This document shows, piece by piece, positions 1-15,249 of a DNA stretch of 64,000 nucleotides. The DNA is from Eledone cirrhosa. Its lineage: Eukaryota. The notes under the pieces were generated by a model, which had not been told where the DNA came from, ran no database searches, and was given only the letters and a program-made list of their open reading frames with translations. The DNA lies in assembly GCA_964016885.1 (NCBI GenBank), contig OZ024746.1:55614001-55678000 (forward strand), given 5' to 3'. Each line of letters begins with the position of its first letter. The stretch's first letter is position 1. Position numbers and translations under genes: made by a program.

Positions 1-25
1 TAAGTGTTGAAGGAAGACGGCCAAA

Positions 26-881
26 ATGTTATCTCTGTGGGTGGAAAGGTCACCTCAGGGCCTTTTGCCCGAGAAGACACCGAAGAGGGCCCCTCTCCTT
101 CCAATACCTGGTCCGCTGCTACCAAGAGCAGGACAGGCAACAAACGAGGAAGCCCCTTCCACGGTGAGTAGGAGGGCAACGTCCGTAGCACCCGTACCAA
201 GGCCACGGATAACTAAAGCAGCATCATCATCAGTAACGGCAACACCAATAGCTACATTTGAAATAGCTACACCAGCAACAGCATTGCCGAAGAGGGCTCC
301 ACTACCACCACCAACAGCCGTGGAGCACATACCCCTCCCAGACGCCACGGAATCCGATATGGAGTTTGAGGCGGGAGTAACGTGGCAAACAGTTCTGCCA
401 CAAAAAAAAAACCCCAAAAAACCTTAGATTCACCCTCCAAAAGCGAAGGCATACAAAGAGGGGTAAAGGCAACAAGGAAACTTGCAGCAACACCACCACA
501 AACACCAACAACGCAAACACAACAAGACACACTAAACAGCAACAATAAGAAAACGGCAACAAAATCACCCCACCCCCCAAAATGTACACAGCCATAAACA
601 TAGCAAAAAAAGAACTCATAAAATATATAAAGCAGCACACAGACATCACGGAAAAAAATTACTACACCCCACCAGCACCAAGAACTCTCCCGACAAACAT
701 AAGCATCATCGAAATCTCAATAGAACAATACAAAACTTTAAAACAAAAATTCCCCAACGCAGTTGGAGACTTCAGAGGGACAGTTACCAAGAGGATATAC
801 ATTGACATCCTCTTGGAAACACCCACAACCAGCGAAAGGGACGGTTCTACTGTCCCTTCACCACACGAACAAGGTAAGTGA
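26..881 (+). pseudogene. Probable C-terminal part of LINE ORF1, broken
   Basis: Pro/Thr/Lys-rich ORF pieces lie directly upstream of ORF2 on the same strand and end about 30 bp before the ORF2 ATG. No zinc knuckle is visible, so the call rests on position. Confidence 0.5.
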
Positions 882-913
882 CCCTTTCTCATTTGCTCCG
901 TTTCTCATCCAAC

Positions 914-3900
914 ATGGCTGTACTCAGAATAGGCAGTATAAATGCACGTGGCCTGGGTCATCTTGGAAGCAGGGTCACCTGCTCAATGACCTCAGGTCAC
1001 TCAACATAGATGTGGTGGCCATCAGTGAAACCAGAATCTCCGAGGCACGGGCCTTCGCACCGATCTTCGGCGGCTACGATGTATACGCATCTCCCAGCCG
1101 TCCAGGATCGGGGGGAGGGGTTGCCGTCCTTTTTCGGAGAGGCTTGGATCTCGCTATACGGGCCATCTTCCTGGACCCAGAAGGTAAGTCGGTTGTGCTG
1201 GACGTGACCGGCAGCGAAGGCAATGCTTTCAGGCTAGTAGCCTCTACGCCCCAACAGGGGCAGGACGGCCAGATTTCTTCAAACGTCTAGAGACCTTTCT
1301 TGGAACGTCCCGCTTTTAGTGTTAGTGGGCGACTGGAACGGTATCTTGGATGCACGCTGGGATCGTGTGGGGCTAGTGGATAGGGGAGAAGGGTGCAATA
1401 GCCTCACCAACCTGCTCAGACGTTTTGAACTGTCTGACAGGTATCGACTGGATCACCCAAATGTGCCAATGTGGACATGGACAAACCGCATCGGGTCATC
1501 CAGATCGTATCTAGATAGGGTATTCTGCAGGGAACTAGATAAGGCTAGTATAAGTTGTCCACAATTTAAAATAGTCGACTCCACAGACCACAAATTTGTG
1601 ATCTGTTAGATCGACATAGACAGACTTCATAGACAAGAGCCTGGTTACTGGAAGCTGAACGCGTCTTTCCCGGTGCGCAAGGCCTACAGACACCGGATTA
1701 GCGTATCAGTTAAGCGGGCGTTGACGGAAGCGGTCGTCAACAACAGGTGGTGGTTCGCCCTGAAAAGGGCAATTAAAGTAGAGTCGATTAGGTTTAGCAA
1801 AGGAGTAGTGATAGAGGAAAATAGAGTAGAGGGAGAGCTAGTTACAAAGCTAGAAGAGGCGTTTAGGACAGGCATCGCAAACGACATGCTTGCGGCGAGA
1901 TTAGCACTCGACCAATTCTTCAACGCAAAACACGAAGGCTGCGTTGTCAGAGGTAGAGCGCGTGTTCTGAAACACGAGGGGACAAAAGCCGTCCAATGGA
2001 CCTGGGTGGCAGAGGCGCGGCGTGGCAATAAAGCCAAATTCGGTCTTTGTCTGACCAAAACGGGCGCGTGATGCTCGAACCCGAGCGGATGTGTGAAGCT
2101 TTTCAGCAGCACTTTGCTGAACTGATCGGGAGCGGCGGCGGCCCGGATCGGGACATGGACTTCACTGCATACCTCGAGGGACTGCCTCGGCTCTCGACGA
2201 CCGCAGCACAGTGTTGCGAAAAGCCAATAACAGCCGGTGAAATACGGGAAGCGATGGCTAACTGCACAAGAGGTAAATCGCCAGGTTTAGATGGTCTGCA
2301 CTACGAGCTTTATGCATTTATGCCAGACTTGTTCGGTGACCTCTTGGCAGACGTCTACTGCAACTGGCAGCAGAACGGGAGCATTCCCAGTTTTGTGAGC
2401 CGGGGAGCAGTGGCGCTGCTGGGAAAAGACCCAAAACAAGGGGGATGCTATTGATAATTTCAGGCGCATAACCCTGCTAAACGCAGAGTTCAAGATTTTG
2501 GCCAAGGTGTTAGAAACGAGGTTGGCGCTTGTCGTCGAGGGTCTGGTGGGAAAGGCGCAGACATGCGCCATCCCGGACAGATCCATACACGACAACCTCC
2601 ACCTCATGCGATACATCGTAGAGAGGGTGGTTAAGGAACCTGGCAAGGGTGGGGCCCTGAAAAACTTGGATCAATCCAAAGCATTCGATAGGGTCGAGCA
2701 TCGGTACCTGGCGGCGGTCCTCGAGGCAGCCGGTTTCGGGCTCGTTTTCAGGCGTTGGATCGCAGCAACGTACAGCGACATCTGCTCAGTTGTGAGGGTG
2801 AACGGTCACCTGTCGCAGCATCATGCGCTCAGTCCACCAGGGTTGTCCCCTCTCGTCCCTCTTGTACGTATTGGCTCTCGAGCCGTTACTGCACAAACTG
2901 GAGGCGATGAGGGGCGTCCCACGTGAACTAGGATGCGGGAAATCCGAGTCGGCTTACGCTGACGACGTCACCGCGGTGGTGTCGAACACCACACACGTCC
3001 AGATGCTCGGCACCGCTCTCAAGGAATACGAAACGGTGACAGGAGCAAAGATAAACTAGGAAAAGTCGGTGGGCTTGCAGCTAGGCACCTGGAGAAGCAA
3101 GTCCATGCCGTCCGACAGCGTCATGGGGCGTTGGACGGACGGACCGGTAAATTGCTCGGGGTCTGGTTCGGACCCGACCTCCAGATGGAGAAAAAACTGG
3201 AACGAGGTGAGGATCAGGGTGGCCTCCCTCACCCAGAAATGGGCTGAGAGGAAGCTGTCCCTGAAAGGCCGGGCGGAAGTGGCGAATGCGTACATCGCAT
3301 CCGTCATCTGCTACCGCCTCACCGTCGTCCCTTGCTCCAGCCCAACTCTCACCAAAATGGAGCGCCTCCTCTTCCGCTTTTTGTGGAAGGGACGCGCTCC
3401 CATGGTCAGACGATCCATCTACTGTCAATACCCGTTGCGTGGAGGACTGGGCATGCCATGGCTGTTGCGCAAACATGCGCTGAGGCTGCGACATCTCTGG
3501 TGCTTCCTTGATGGTGAACGGGTGTGGTCGCCTTTTTCCAAGCACATTTTATCACAGATCGTTTCCTTGACGGAGCTGCAGTCCTGGGTCAGAAAAAGAC
3601 CGAGGGTTAGCGCTTGGAAACTGGAATGTCTCCAGGCACTCACTGCCCTCTACCTGTTGGGCACCTGTATCGGTGGAACATCCACCTCGGCGTTCTATAG
3701 AGGTCTAGTGGAGGGGAAGAGCGACGACGTTCTCGGAGAGATCATGGGCGTCGAAGAAGATCAGCTGCTTGCTCTCTTCCGGAGAACTTTCAGCCCGGGG
3801 CCTATGAATAACTTCCAAAAATCCCTGGCCTGGCAGTGCTACCGGGGAGCGCTGCCGGTTCGAGATAAGCTCTACAGGCACGGAAGTGCCGTCAGCCGAG

Positions 3901-4300
3901 CCTGTCCGAGATGCGCGCATAGCGACGAAACCGTTGTGCACGTACTCGTTCAGTGCCCGAGCATTGCTGATTTGTGGAGCTATGTCGAACAGTTGCTGTC
4001 ACGTGTGGGACTGATCCGGTTGTCGACTGAGTCCATTGTGCAGATGGTCTCGCCGTCTTCCTTTGAGGAGGAAGGGCAGGCGGTTTTCATCTGCCTGGTG
4101 GCCATGGCGAAAGAGATTGTGTGGTGGACAAGGTTAAAAGGATTAAAGACGAATCCCTGATTAACTTTTTCAAGTTTCACTTGAAGAGGAAAATCAGGTT
4201 GGAGAGGCAAGTGCTGCTTTCTAGCAAGTTTGTTGAAATGTGGGTGAATGTAGCGAGAATGGTCCGAGTGAACGGGACCACTCTGAATATACGCCTGTAG
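914..4300 (+). pseudogene. LINE ORF2 (AP endonuclease - reverse transcriptase - zf-RVT), multiply frameshifted
   Basis: ATG at 914 reads MAVLRIGSINARGL. APE motifs: DVVAISET, GGGVAVL, LVGDWN, SYLDRVF, TDHKFV. RT motifs: KSPGLDGL, DQSKAFDRVEH, QGCPLSSLLY, YADDV (about 2956). C-terminal CPRC..ETVVHVLVQC at about 3902-3957. The frame is split across many ORF-track pieces, with in-frame stops at 1607 and 3057. Confidence 0.92.
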
Positions 4301-4578
4301 TTTCAGAGATGGAAATATTGAGAGAGGGCGCTTACCCTGGTTATCAGGGTGGCTGTGGTCTTTTGTGTGGTTTTCGCCACGAGTAACCATCGGAGGTTTG
4401 CCCCCTATTGGGGGATTTTTCCTTGTTTCAATTTTCATTTTATTGTTTATATATATATATGTTTTATGTCTATTTTCTTTTCTTATATAAATAATAAAAA
4501 TATTTACACGCACAAAACCCACATCGTACCGTCCTGTACCGTCCTTGATGTCAGCCCTTGTGGCCAATAAAGAAATCA

Positions 4579-4698
<120 letters not shown>

Positions 4699-4739
4699 TG
4701 TGTGTTTGAGTGTATGCATGTATATAAGATATATCAACA

Positions 4740-5060
<321 letters not shown>

Positions 5061-5062
5061 TC

Positions 5063-5125
5063 TGTCCAGAACTAGCTATCGAAACGGCTTGAATTCTGCC
5101 GTAGGGGTTCTGACTATGTTCCTAT
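5063..5125 (+). mobile_element. Fragment of the same TA-embedded family as 11750-11946
   Basis: gtccagaactagctatcgaaacggcttgaattctgccgtag aligns with cagaaatagccgtcgaaacggcttgagctctgccgtcgg at 11890. It is flanked by TA runs. Confidence 0.6.
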
Positions 5126-7007
5126 ATATCTATATATATATAGAACAAAGATAGAATACAAAAACAAAAATTAAATTAAAATGGCGTAGGCTTTACAATA
5201 CAATACAGGAGGAAACATGATAGTACCACTGATGATGTGGCAGATGTCTAAATATAGAACTTTGATAGACTATATATGTATATGTCATAAACATGAAAAT
5301 GTTCTCTCTACATGGCTGAATACAATAAATGTAATCTGAGTTTTTCGAATATTAATAATAACATTCGATTCGTTTGCAATTATGCAAACAAGCCTCAATT
5401 GTATAGCCATGTCAGTAGAATGAACCCCTTACTCTTGCTCTTGTGCTGGTCAAACAATTATCAACATTGATTGCCAAATAAATAACTATGGAGATATAAA
5501 ATATACAGAAGCGAAAACCAACCGAAATCAAACAATGAGTGTGTTTTCTTACTATATCTGGCAATATGATAACAATATAACCCTCCCCAAGTATAACAAT
5601 ATATATTTATTCAGAGATGAGGGTTTTATTATAACCACGCAGGTTAGAAATGGGTGCATACAACGAGAATTACTCTGCCATATATTTGATTCTGATAGAA
5701 TTATCTTTCTTTACAGCAATGTCCACTTTCCATTTTGTATCTTATGAGAACGAAGAAATAACAGATTAAAAAAAGACACCAGAGAAGGTATATGCCTCAC
5801 CAGGGCGGCAGAATAGTGGCGGAACGAATAATAAAGAAACAAAGAAGAATAAAATAATTTCGGATACGTAAACATTTATCTATTGACAATGCTTAATACG
5901 TTGTATCGATATACATAACAATTGATTGAAGACCGATAATATATATTTCAATTATATGATACGGTATCTACCGAGGCGTAAAAAAACCAATGAACCAGAC
6001 GAATAAGAAAATAATTTATGTGGTGCCTTTCACCATCTGCAGTAAATCTACCGCCTACAGATGGTTGAAAATAATGATGAGGAAAAATAAGAAAAGCATG
6101 AATCTCTATTTTTATTCAATTTAGATTTATATCCCGTACAGAAATACCTTGAACAGTCTTTATTTTTACATTTAAAATATTATTGTTCATAGTGTTCATT
6201 TGGATATAGTCGTTGTTGATGGAGTGTTTGCTGCTCTTTTTATATCCGTCGGTGTTCTTGGTCGTGTGGTTGTTGCAATGGTTATGGAAGATTATGCTGT
6301 TGTGTAGGTGGCTGCATTTGTTGCAGTTGTATGTATTAATATGGTTGTTGCTTCTTTGTTGTGACTTTTGTTGTTGATGTTATAGTGGCTGTTGTTACTA
6401 TTGTTGTTGTCGTTGGTGCTTCGTTTCTGTGGTAATTTTCAACAAAAGTTTAAGTTGAACGTTGGAATGCGTATTCACTGAGTCGTTAAAGATCGAGATT
6501 GAGGCTTCCATAACTTTTCCAGCTCTTTACGCTAAAATTTCAAATCCAGCCGCGCAAAATTTTACTATTCATAGACGAATAATTTGCTAGGCCACCAGAC
6601 GTGATCGAATGCTGGAATTGCTAAAGAGGCGGACCAGATAATATACGACATCTGCTTCGACATGAACAATTCTGGGCTCAAATTGTAAAAGCTGGGTTAA
6701 CGCTACAAGGTATCCATTCGTGATCGGTCGATTGATGAACTACCTAACTTATTCTGCGCAGAGGCTTTAGATTGTTGATTTTAATATGACGTGTCCTAAG
6801 TCCAAGTCCCTCTCTATTCTGAGAGTATCAACATTGGAAAATACAAGGGAAAGTTTATTTCCTTTGTACGTTCAGCTCGTATCCTTTCCCTTTTGCAAAT
6901 TCGATATTTCATATTTCATGGGATTTAATTCATTTGAATTTGACAAATGGTCTACGCTTGGTAAAACGAACTAAAATAATATATATTGAAATTTAAAACG
7001 AATAAAG

Positions 7008-7080
<73 letters not shown>

Positions 7081-7494
7081 ATGTTTATATGTATGTTACA
7101 TATATAAGAATCAAATATACCTCACTGCTTTTAGCAAAATCTATGTACGTATTTTCCTAATTATTATAGTTGCATTTTAATTTATGTTCTGTGTGTGTGT
7201 GTGTGTGGGGGGGGGGGTTAAATGGTTTCCTTTAATGGTGTATATGACAACATCCTTTTGGGACTAAATCCATTACAGATCCGACTTAGGCAGGCTTTCT
7301 GACTTAGGTAACCAACCATAATTCCAAAATACACGGAATAAATCAATATTTGCCTAGACCTATTTAGAAAGATTTTCAAAATGTAAATATACTTAATTAT
7401 ATTCGAAAATAAAATTACTGAAGAAAATGGCGTCCAAGTATTAAAATGTATTTTTATGCTGTTGGGTTAACGTATTATAATTCTCTCTCTTTAG

Positions 7495-7979
<485 letters not shown>

Positions 7980-8102
7980 TGTGTGTTTATAACAGTGGGC
8001 GTAGGGGAAAATGTATTCTGCTTGTTGGAGTGGCCGCTTATGTATTTACGAAATATGATCTACGTGTGCATGTGCCTTTATATAACTGCACATGTGTATT
8101 CG

Positions 8103-8145
<43 letters not shown>

Positions 8146-8634
8146 CTGTGTGTGTGTGTGTATCTTTGTATGTGTATCTTTGTATGTGTGTATGTGTTTT
8201 TGTATATATATATATATATATATATATTTGTATGTGCATACGTGCATATATGTTCTTCAAAGATAAATAGATATATTCACAATTTTATAAATATTTAGTT
8301 TGAATGCATTATTGAAAAGTACTCACGGGTTATCTAGGCAGAATATTTTAGGTAATAGGTTTCAATATATCTATATTTTTCTTTGGCATTCTAAAGATAA
8401 TAAACCATTATAGCTTCTATTCTGTCAATACAGTTCATTTTAATATTGAAACCCAATTCAATACTCACTTCAGCTTCAGCTTCATTTAATCAATTGTAAA
8501 ATGGCGAATGTACGCTGGAATGTTTGCCATCATAAAGAGCTGGCCTACTCTCACACTGATACAAACATATGACTAAAAACACAAGCACGCGCTTTCAAAC
8601 ACATACATGTATATATGCACACGAGCGTGTACAT

Positions 8635-8696
<62 letters not shown>

Positions 8697-8715
8697 GTAT
8701 ACATATGTATACATA

Positions 8716-8796
<81 letters not shown>

Positions 8797-8814
8797 GTAT
8801 ATATATACATATAC

Positions 8815-8872
<58 letters not shown>

Positions 8873-9544
8873 GTAAATATCATATATATATATACATACA
8901 CACATAGACACACATAGACACACATACACACACATATATATATGTATATATATATGTATATGTGTGTGTGTGTGCGTATGTGTATGAAAATATATATCTC
9001 TATATACAAAAACATGCATACACATCAATAGATATATACACACATGCATGGATATATACGTACACACATATATACAGATATAGGTGCATACACAAACGTA
9101 ATTATCTATTGATACAGCTGCTGGTGAGCTTCGTCCGACAATATACGAAAATTATTTGCTTATCCTAACATTTCTGAGACGGCGTAACTAGTAAGGGGAA
9201 TAATGCCCGTCAAACAAAGGTTGTGGATGAGGAGGTGTAGACGGGGGAGCACTGGCCTCTTTAACCTATATATCCGGCAAATGAAGTATGATGAAGTCAG
9301 CGTGTTCGATATTAATGACAACAACATATATAAAGATAATAAAATAAAGATAATGTTAATAGTAACGATAATGACGTTGACGTTGAACTCCTGCTGCTGC
9401 TACTACTCCTACTACTACTTCTATTACAACTACTACTACTACTACTACTGCTACTACTACTACTACTACAACTATTATTACTACTGCTACTACTATAAAT
9501 ACGACTACTACTACTACTACTACTGCTGCTATCAGTAATGATAA

Positions 9545-9731
9545 TAATTGTTTCTACTTTTAACACAAGGCCAGCAATTACCCAGTACATTACTGGTACT
9601 TTATTTTATCGACCCCGTAAGGATGAAAGGCAAAGTTAACCTCGGCGGGATTTGAACTCAGTTCGTAAAGGGATGTAACTGTGCTGCAAAGTATAGCGTC
9701 TGACCCTCTACCGATAGTGCCAATCCACCAA
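9545..9731 (-). mobile_element. tRNA-headed SINE family A copy
   Basis: Reverse complement shows A box tggcactatcggtagag, B box gagttcaaatccc, core gcctttcatccttacggggtcgataaaataaagtacc, and tail ggccttgtg..agaaacaattatta. Further minus copies lie at about 10185-10372, 10425-10545 and 10605-10812. Confidence 0.9.
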
Positions 9732-9789
9732 ATGATAATAATGATTTCAGCTATAGGCAGAAAGTCAAACATTACAAATCCCCCCCCCC

Positions 9790-10172
9790 CCAAAAAAAAA
9801 GGGAGACCTCCGAGGGTCACTGGTGGATACGCACATAAAAACCCTCTGTCACTCTAAACCTTGGGACAAGTTCTCTCTCCCAGTTTTCCTCATCCAATCT
9901 ATAGGCGTATAGTCAGGGCAGGCTCATGCACACGGACCATGTTTACCACACTCAAACGCCTTTCATCAAACTGTCTAGAAGGTAGCACTTCCCTCTCCAT
10001 CCTAATTTCCCTCTTTAAGTAAAACCTGATATAAAAGTAATCAGAATTTCACCGTAGAAAGAAGTGGTTGTCTTCAACCATCTCCATCATGTCCACCACA
10101 CCGCATGGTCACCAACGTTGCGTGTCCTTCCCTTCTAAATGAAGACATCGGGGTGATCTTCACAATGGACTC
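9790..10172 (-). mobile_element. Tx1 LINE 3' fragment (diverged copy)
   Basis: Reverse complement gagtccattgtgaagatc...ttacttaaagagggaaattaggatggagagggaagtgct...atggtccgtgtg aligns to 4029-4270 of the Tx1 copy. Confidence 0.8.
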
Positions 10173-11672
10173 ATAATAATGATAATAATTGTTTCTACTT
10201 TTGGCACAATGGCAGCAATTACCCAGTGCATTACTGGTACTTTATTTTATCGACCCCGTAATGATGAAAAGCAAAGTTAACCTCGGCGGGATTTGAACTC
10301 AGACCATAAAAGAACGTAACTCTATGCTGCAAAGCATGGTGTCCGACTCTCGACCGACACTGCCAATCTACCGCGCGAAGGTTGGACTGTACTGTGCATG
10401 TGCCGAGCTTGAACCGTATTATAATAATTGTTTCTACGTTTTGGCACAAGGCCAGCAATTACCCCAGTGCATTACTGGTACTTTATTTTATCGACCCCGT
10501 AAGGATGAAAGGCAAAGTTAACCTCGGCGGGATTTGAACTCAGTCCTGATAACAAAAACATCAACAATAGTTATTGTATTAACGAAAATAACTGTATCAA
10601 CCATAATAATGGTTTCTGATTTAGGTACAAGGCCAGCAATTTTGAGGTAGGTGGTGGGGGAAGTCTATTAAATCGCCCCCAGTGCTCGACTGCTAAGGAT
10701 GAAAAGCAAAGCTAACCTCGGTGGGATTTGAAATTAGAACGTAAAGGGGCGTAACTATATGCCGCTAAGCTTGTTATCTGAAAATCTACCGTTTCTGCCT
10801 AGCTATCGCCCTAACGATAATAATGATAACCTATTTTGTTCGTAGCAACGGAGCACAATATTGCGGGCGATAAAATGACGAAGGGCAACACAATAGAATC
10901 GTGTGGTTTACATCGAGTAAAACCAAAGGGAAGTCGATAAATGGAAATCATCAGATACATCATTAATGATACTATAAATATAGATCTCTAATAGAAGCAC
11001 AAGAACGGGAAATACAGGGGAGGCGAATAATCGATTAAATTCACCCCATTGCTTGTAGAGTACCTAATGTATCCTCATAGGTTCTTTATTTCATTTTCTT
11101 TTTTTCTTTTCCTCTGTCATCAACTGTATATTCAAAAATGGTTTTGCTTTCTTCCCGAAAATTAACAGAACCCGTATATTCTTGGTTGTGTCGGACCCCA
11201 CACGCCTTCATGTCTTATTTATATTACCTCGTCATTACTGAAACTCTGTGCACTTTGCAGGCCTGTCAACTCACCCCGTCCGACGGGGTTTTCCCACCCA
11301 CTTTGGGGAGGGTGAGAGATGTCTTCACTTGTAAAAATGTGTATAGCATTCAATACTTAAAATCTCCCCATTTTTCCTCATTTCTTCCCCTTTTGGGGCA
11401 CCTCTTTTCATGGTACTCCTCGTTTAATTTTGTTAGACGTTATCAGTTCTGGTTTTGTTTTAGATTGGGTGCAGCATAATAATTCCTGTCTTATGAGTCA
11501 ACAAAAAGGGTTGGCACCTGGAAAGATAACCGACTGTAAACATTGCTTTGAAGTATGTTCTAAGTTCCACAAGTTTACATCATGATTTAGTGAGGAAAAT
11601 GGCATTGTGTGTGCCTGTGGATTTATGCATTTTGCCGTACACATACAAGCATGCATCCACCATAAATATGTG

Positions 11673-11749
<77 letters not shown>

Positions 11750-11752
<3 letters not shown>

Positions 11753-11946
11753 ACAATGGAATTGTGGTAAGGAACCAGATGGATAATAACGCACCAGAGT
11801 TCTCAATACTTAGGGTAGTAGAGTGGGAAATAGGAAAAAGTATGACCCGACGGCAGAGCTCAAGCCGTTTCGACGGCTATTTCTGGACTCAGAAATAGCC
11901 GTCGAAACGGCTTGAGCTCTGCCGTCGGAGTCATACTTTTTCCTAT
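11750..11946 (-). mobile_element. TA-embedded Penelope/retrozyme-like terminal fragment with a ~56-bp-arm palindrome
   Basis: Arms are 11830-11885 and 11890-11946 with loop gact and one indel. It shares ctcaatacttagggtagtagagtggg with 46647-46672. TA tracts lie on both sides. Confidence 0.65.
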
Positions 11947-13989
11947 ATATACATATATATATATATATGTGTGTGTGTATGTGTGTGTGTATATATACAA
12001 AGAGGGTCAGAGAGAGAAAGAGAGATGGAGAGTTTCACACATCTATCTCATAATAAATTTCACTCGGAAGGAATGAGTTCAACTGATGTTAGGGTAAGCA
12101 CCTGCTTAAGTGTCTTATCAGTGTAATAGCAGCAGTAAACACGTGGTTCTGAAGCGAACACTCAAAGAAGCGACTGACCTATCTGTTCAGTCTCGAAATG
12201 GAATCTAATATTTCTTCCGATTCATCTTGTTCTTCTTCATGTCTGTAAATAACGATTTCCAAGTAGACAGACAGAACCACAAATTACGGTGGAAGAAGAC
12301 AAATCAATTTAATTGACCTTATTTCTAGGCTGCTACTTATTATTATATCGATCCTTTGAATTATAAAACAGTAAAATCAATATTGGCTGGATTGGAACTC
12401 AAATTGAAACATTCGTGTGGTTCTAGTATTTCTTATTTACGTCTATAAAATTTCTCTCGTTTTATCAAATTTAATAAACAAAAGAAGTGAAATCTGCAGT
12501 GTACACGCGGTAATGGCTGTGTGGTTAACGAGTTTGTCTTGTAATCACGTGATTTCGAGTCCAAATTTGTGGCCCCACTAGCAAGTGTTTTTCCTTTATT
12601 TCTCTTCCTATAGCTCCAATGTTTAATAGCATTGCCTAATTTCTGTGCACGCCAGATCAACATGGACTGTCGCCAATTGTGCATTAGTTCGGGGGGCTAG
12701 AGAATCAAAGCCACATGAAATCTTTTCTCTCAAAATTCAACGTATTAGTGTGCACTCTGCTTTCCCTTTTGGTTGGTATCTTAATAATGCAGACTTAATT
12801 GCAGCATTGCGTGATTGAGGAAAGAAGCATAGGTCCTTCCGACGACTTCGTTTCAATATTATCATTTAATCTCCCAAGGGCAATCCACATACAAATTTTA
12901 AGTTGAACTTTTTACTCTCTTTATTATAGTTCGATTTTTATCAATTGTTTGCAATTTTGCCTTTACTTTCTATACAGAAGCCCTGATCGAGTGCTTTATG
13001 GCCCGTTATTTACTTCTTTTATATTTGTACGATAAAAGCTGCGACATCGCTACTGACAAACTGTACTGGCATGTTTTTGTTTTTTTTTCGCGAGTCAATA
13101 TCATTGTCAGGTTGAAGATATGTTAATACATAGTTCACAAAATATCTTTCATGAAGAAGCTTAGCTATGATTTTTTTTTTTATTTCTAGGATAGAATCTT
13201 ACAGCTGGAAACCCATGGTCGACCGTGGCGGAAATTCCTTTCTTTTTTAGAGACTCAGAGAAGCACAGTCTGTTATCTAGACCACTTCAGTTCCCGTCAA
13301 CTCCTTCAGCCATTGCGTTAGCTGTAGGATTTTCGCAATGATAACAATGTTACAGCTTCCACTGAGTCACGTCTTCTTTGACCATGCAAATCATTTCCAA
13401 ATGATTATATGAGAAGTAATCCTAAAACTGATAGAAAACAATACAATCCATCTCAACCCCGCCCCAGCCCAACAAGAACTTGCAGGATTAGCTGATTTGA
13501 AAAAACGTGGATGTTGCTACATCAGAATCACGTATTTAAATACAATACGAAATAATTTTACAGATAAGTTGATCGATAAAGCAATATCTGAAAGGAAGAA
13601 TCACTACACTCCGCACCGATAACAACAACACGCTAAAGACAGACGATGAATCAGAAAGGCAAGAGAAAGAAAAATATACAAACACTCGCAAACATGGCAA
13701 AACATAATTAGTGCAGAATTTCTCAATGTAGTCAAGGCTCTTAGGAATTGCTGTGGCCATGGAATTCATAAAGTTCACCACTCTTAGTTTAAGTACTAAC
13801 GACAAGAATCCATAGAAACAATACCCAATGCATGACAAAATAAACTATAATAAACATCTCTCTAGATTCGAGATGCGAACAAAATTATAATTCCAATAAA
13901 ATGAAAACACCCGTAGTATAAAGATATGTGTTTCCAATCTTTACGTCTAAGTTAACATATTCTTCTACTTCGCCCATATATTCCTAAGA

Positions 13990-14345
13990 CAGTCGTGGAA
14001 GCAGAGTCCTCAAACACTCTTTCCAGCGGGTCATGACCGAAGCAACCGTCTCCAATTGATCAGCTGGATTCCCAAGGTTTCCCAGCAAAGCTCATGGATG
14101 TTATCCAAGCATCTTGCTCGTGGTCTACTCCTGGGTCTTCTACCGGTTGATTTTGCCCTTAAACTCTCTCCAGCGATTCTTTCCTGAGACATTCTAATCA
14201 CATGCCCATAATATTGGAATTGTGATCTCTCAATTCTGGGAAGTAGTGACTCTACCAGGAGTAAGCCTTTGATCTCCGAGCTACGCACTTTATCGAGTAA
14301 CGTTACTTCAAAGAGCCTTCGGAGTTCACATATTGCCGAAGTCAA
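13990..14345 (-). mobile_element. RTE-clade LINE C-terminal fragment
   Basis: LRRLFEVTLLDKVRSSEI..LLVESLLPRIERSQFQYYGHVIRMSQERI..GRRPRSRPRARCLDNI matches the RTE 'QLRWxGHVxRM..GxRxRGRPRxRWxD' tail. Confidence 0.85.
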
Positions 14346-14685
14346 ATATGCATATCAGTCTCATGCGATGGTTAATATTTACCATCAGTCTAATACCGAT
14401 GTCTACTTAATCGACTTCCTCTTCCCACCAAATTGTTAGTCTTGTGCCTAAATTACAAAGCATAGAGCAGGATGTGTTTGCAAGATCGTTACAACAGCCG
14501 ACAAATGTGTTGCAGAATGTGTTCTAGTTCTGTATGCTCTGAGTTCAAATACTTTGTAGCTCAACCTTAAATGTCAACCTTCCTTGGTCGATAAAACATA
14601 GTACCAGTGAAGCACTGGGCTCAATACAATGGAGTCATCGTTTCAAATTTCTTGCCTAGACCCTCTACATAAGAGTACTTTAAAT

Positions 14686-14986
14686 TAGGGGTGTGCAACA
14701 TATTCCATTGGCGGGCCACTTTTGAATATTAGAACAACTATTAGGGCCATTGATATTTATGAAAACAGTATTCCAAAGATTCGCCAAAACCTCTTTCCAT
14801 AACATGGAACTGGGAAATTACAACACACATAACCGTATTAGTGAAGCCCATTAGTATAGGTCAACTAACGAAAAATAAAGTTCTAAATAAGTCTACAAGG
14901 TAAAAATTAAAAACGGTCATCACTGGCCACTCTGACTGATCTGGCGGGTCGGATTGTGGTCCGCGTTGACCTGTTGCACGCCCCTG
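14686..14986. mobile_element. hAT-type MITE (301 bp)
   Basis: TIRs taggggtgtgcaaca / tgttgcacgcccctg, with a perfect 8-bp TSD ctttaaat at 14678-14685 and 14987-14994. Confidence 0.9.
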
Positions 14987-15249
14987 CTTTAAATAATGTT
15001 ATTTTTGTTATTGTTGTAGTAGTTCTTGTTACTCATAATATATATATTAGATATATTAGATGGTATATTGAGAGAAAAGTTAAAGCATTGGATATTAATA
15101 TTCGTTTAGAATCTTTCCGTATTGTGTTCAAATCACGCTGTGGCCAACTTTACTGATCGGTATTGCGGGATTAATAATGTAATATTCGATTATCTCCCCC
15201 TCCTCCTCATTATCCAAACATTGCATACTTTGTGAAAATATTGGTTTTT

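Noticed and set aside
9590-9820. Recurring peptide 'LSSNPAEVNFAFHPYGVDKIKYQ' in many ORFs
   Set aside because: It is the translated SINE core, not a protein family.
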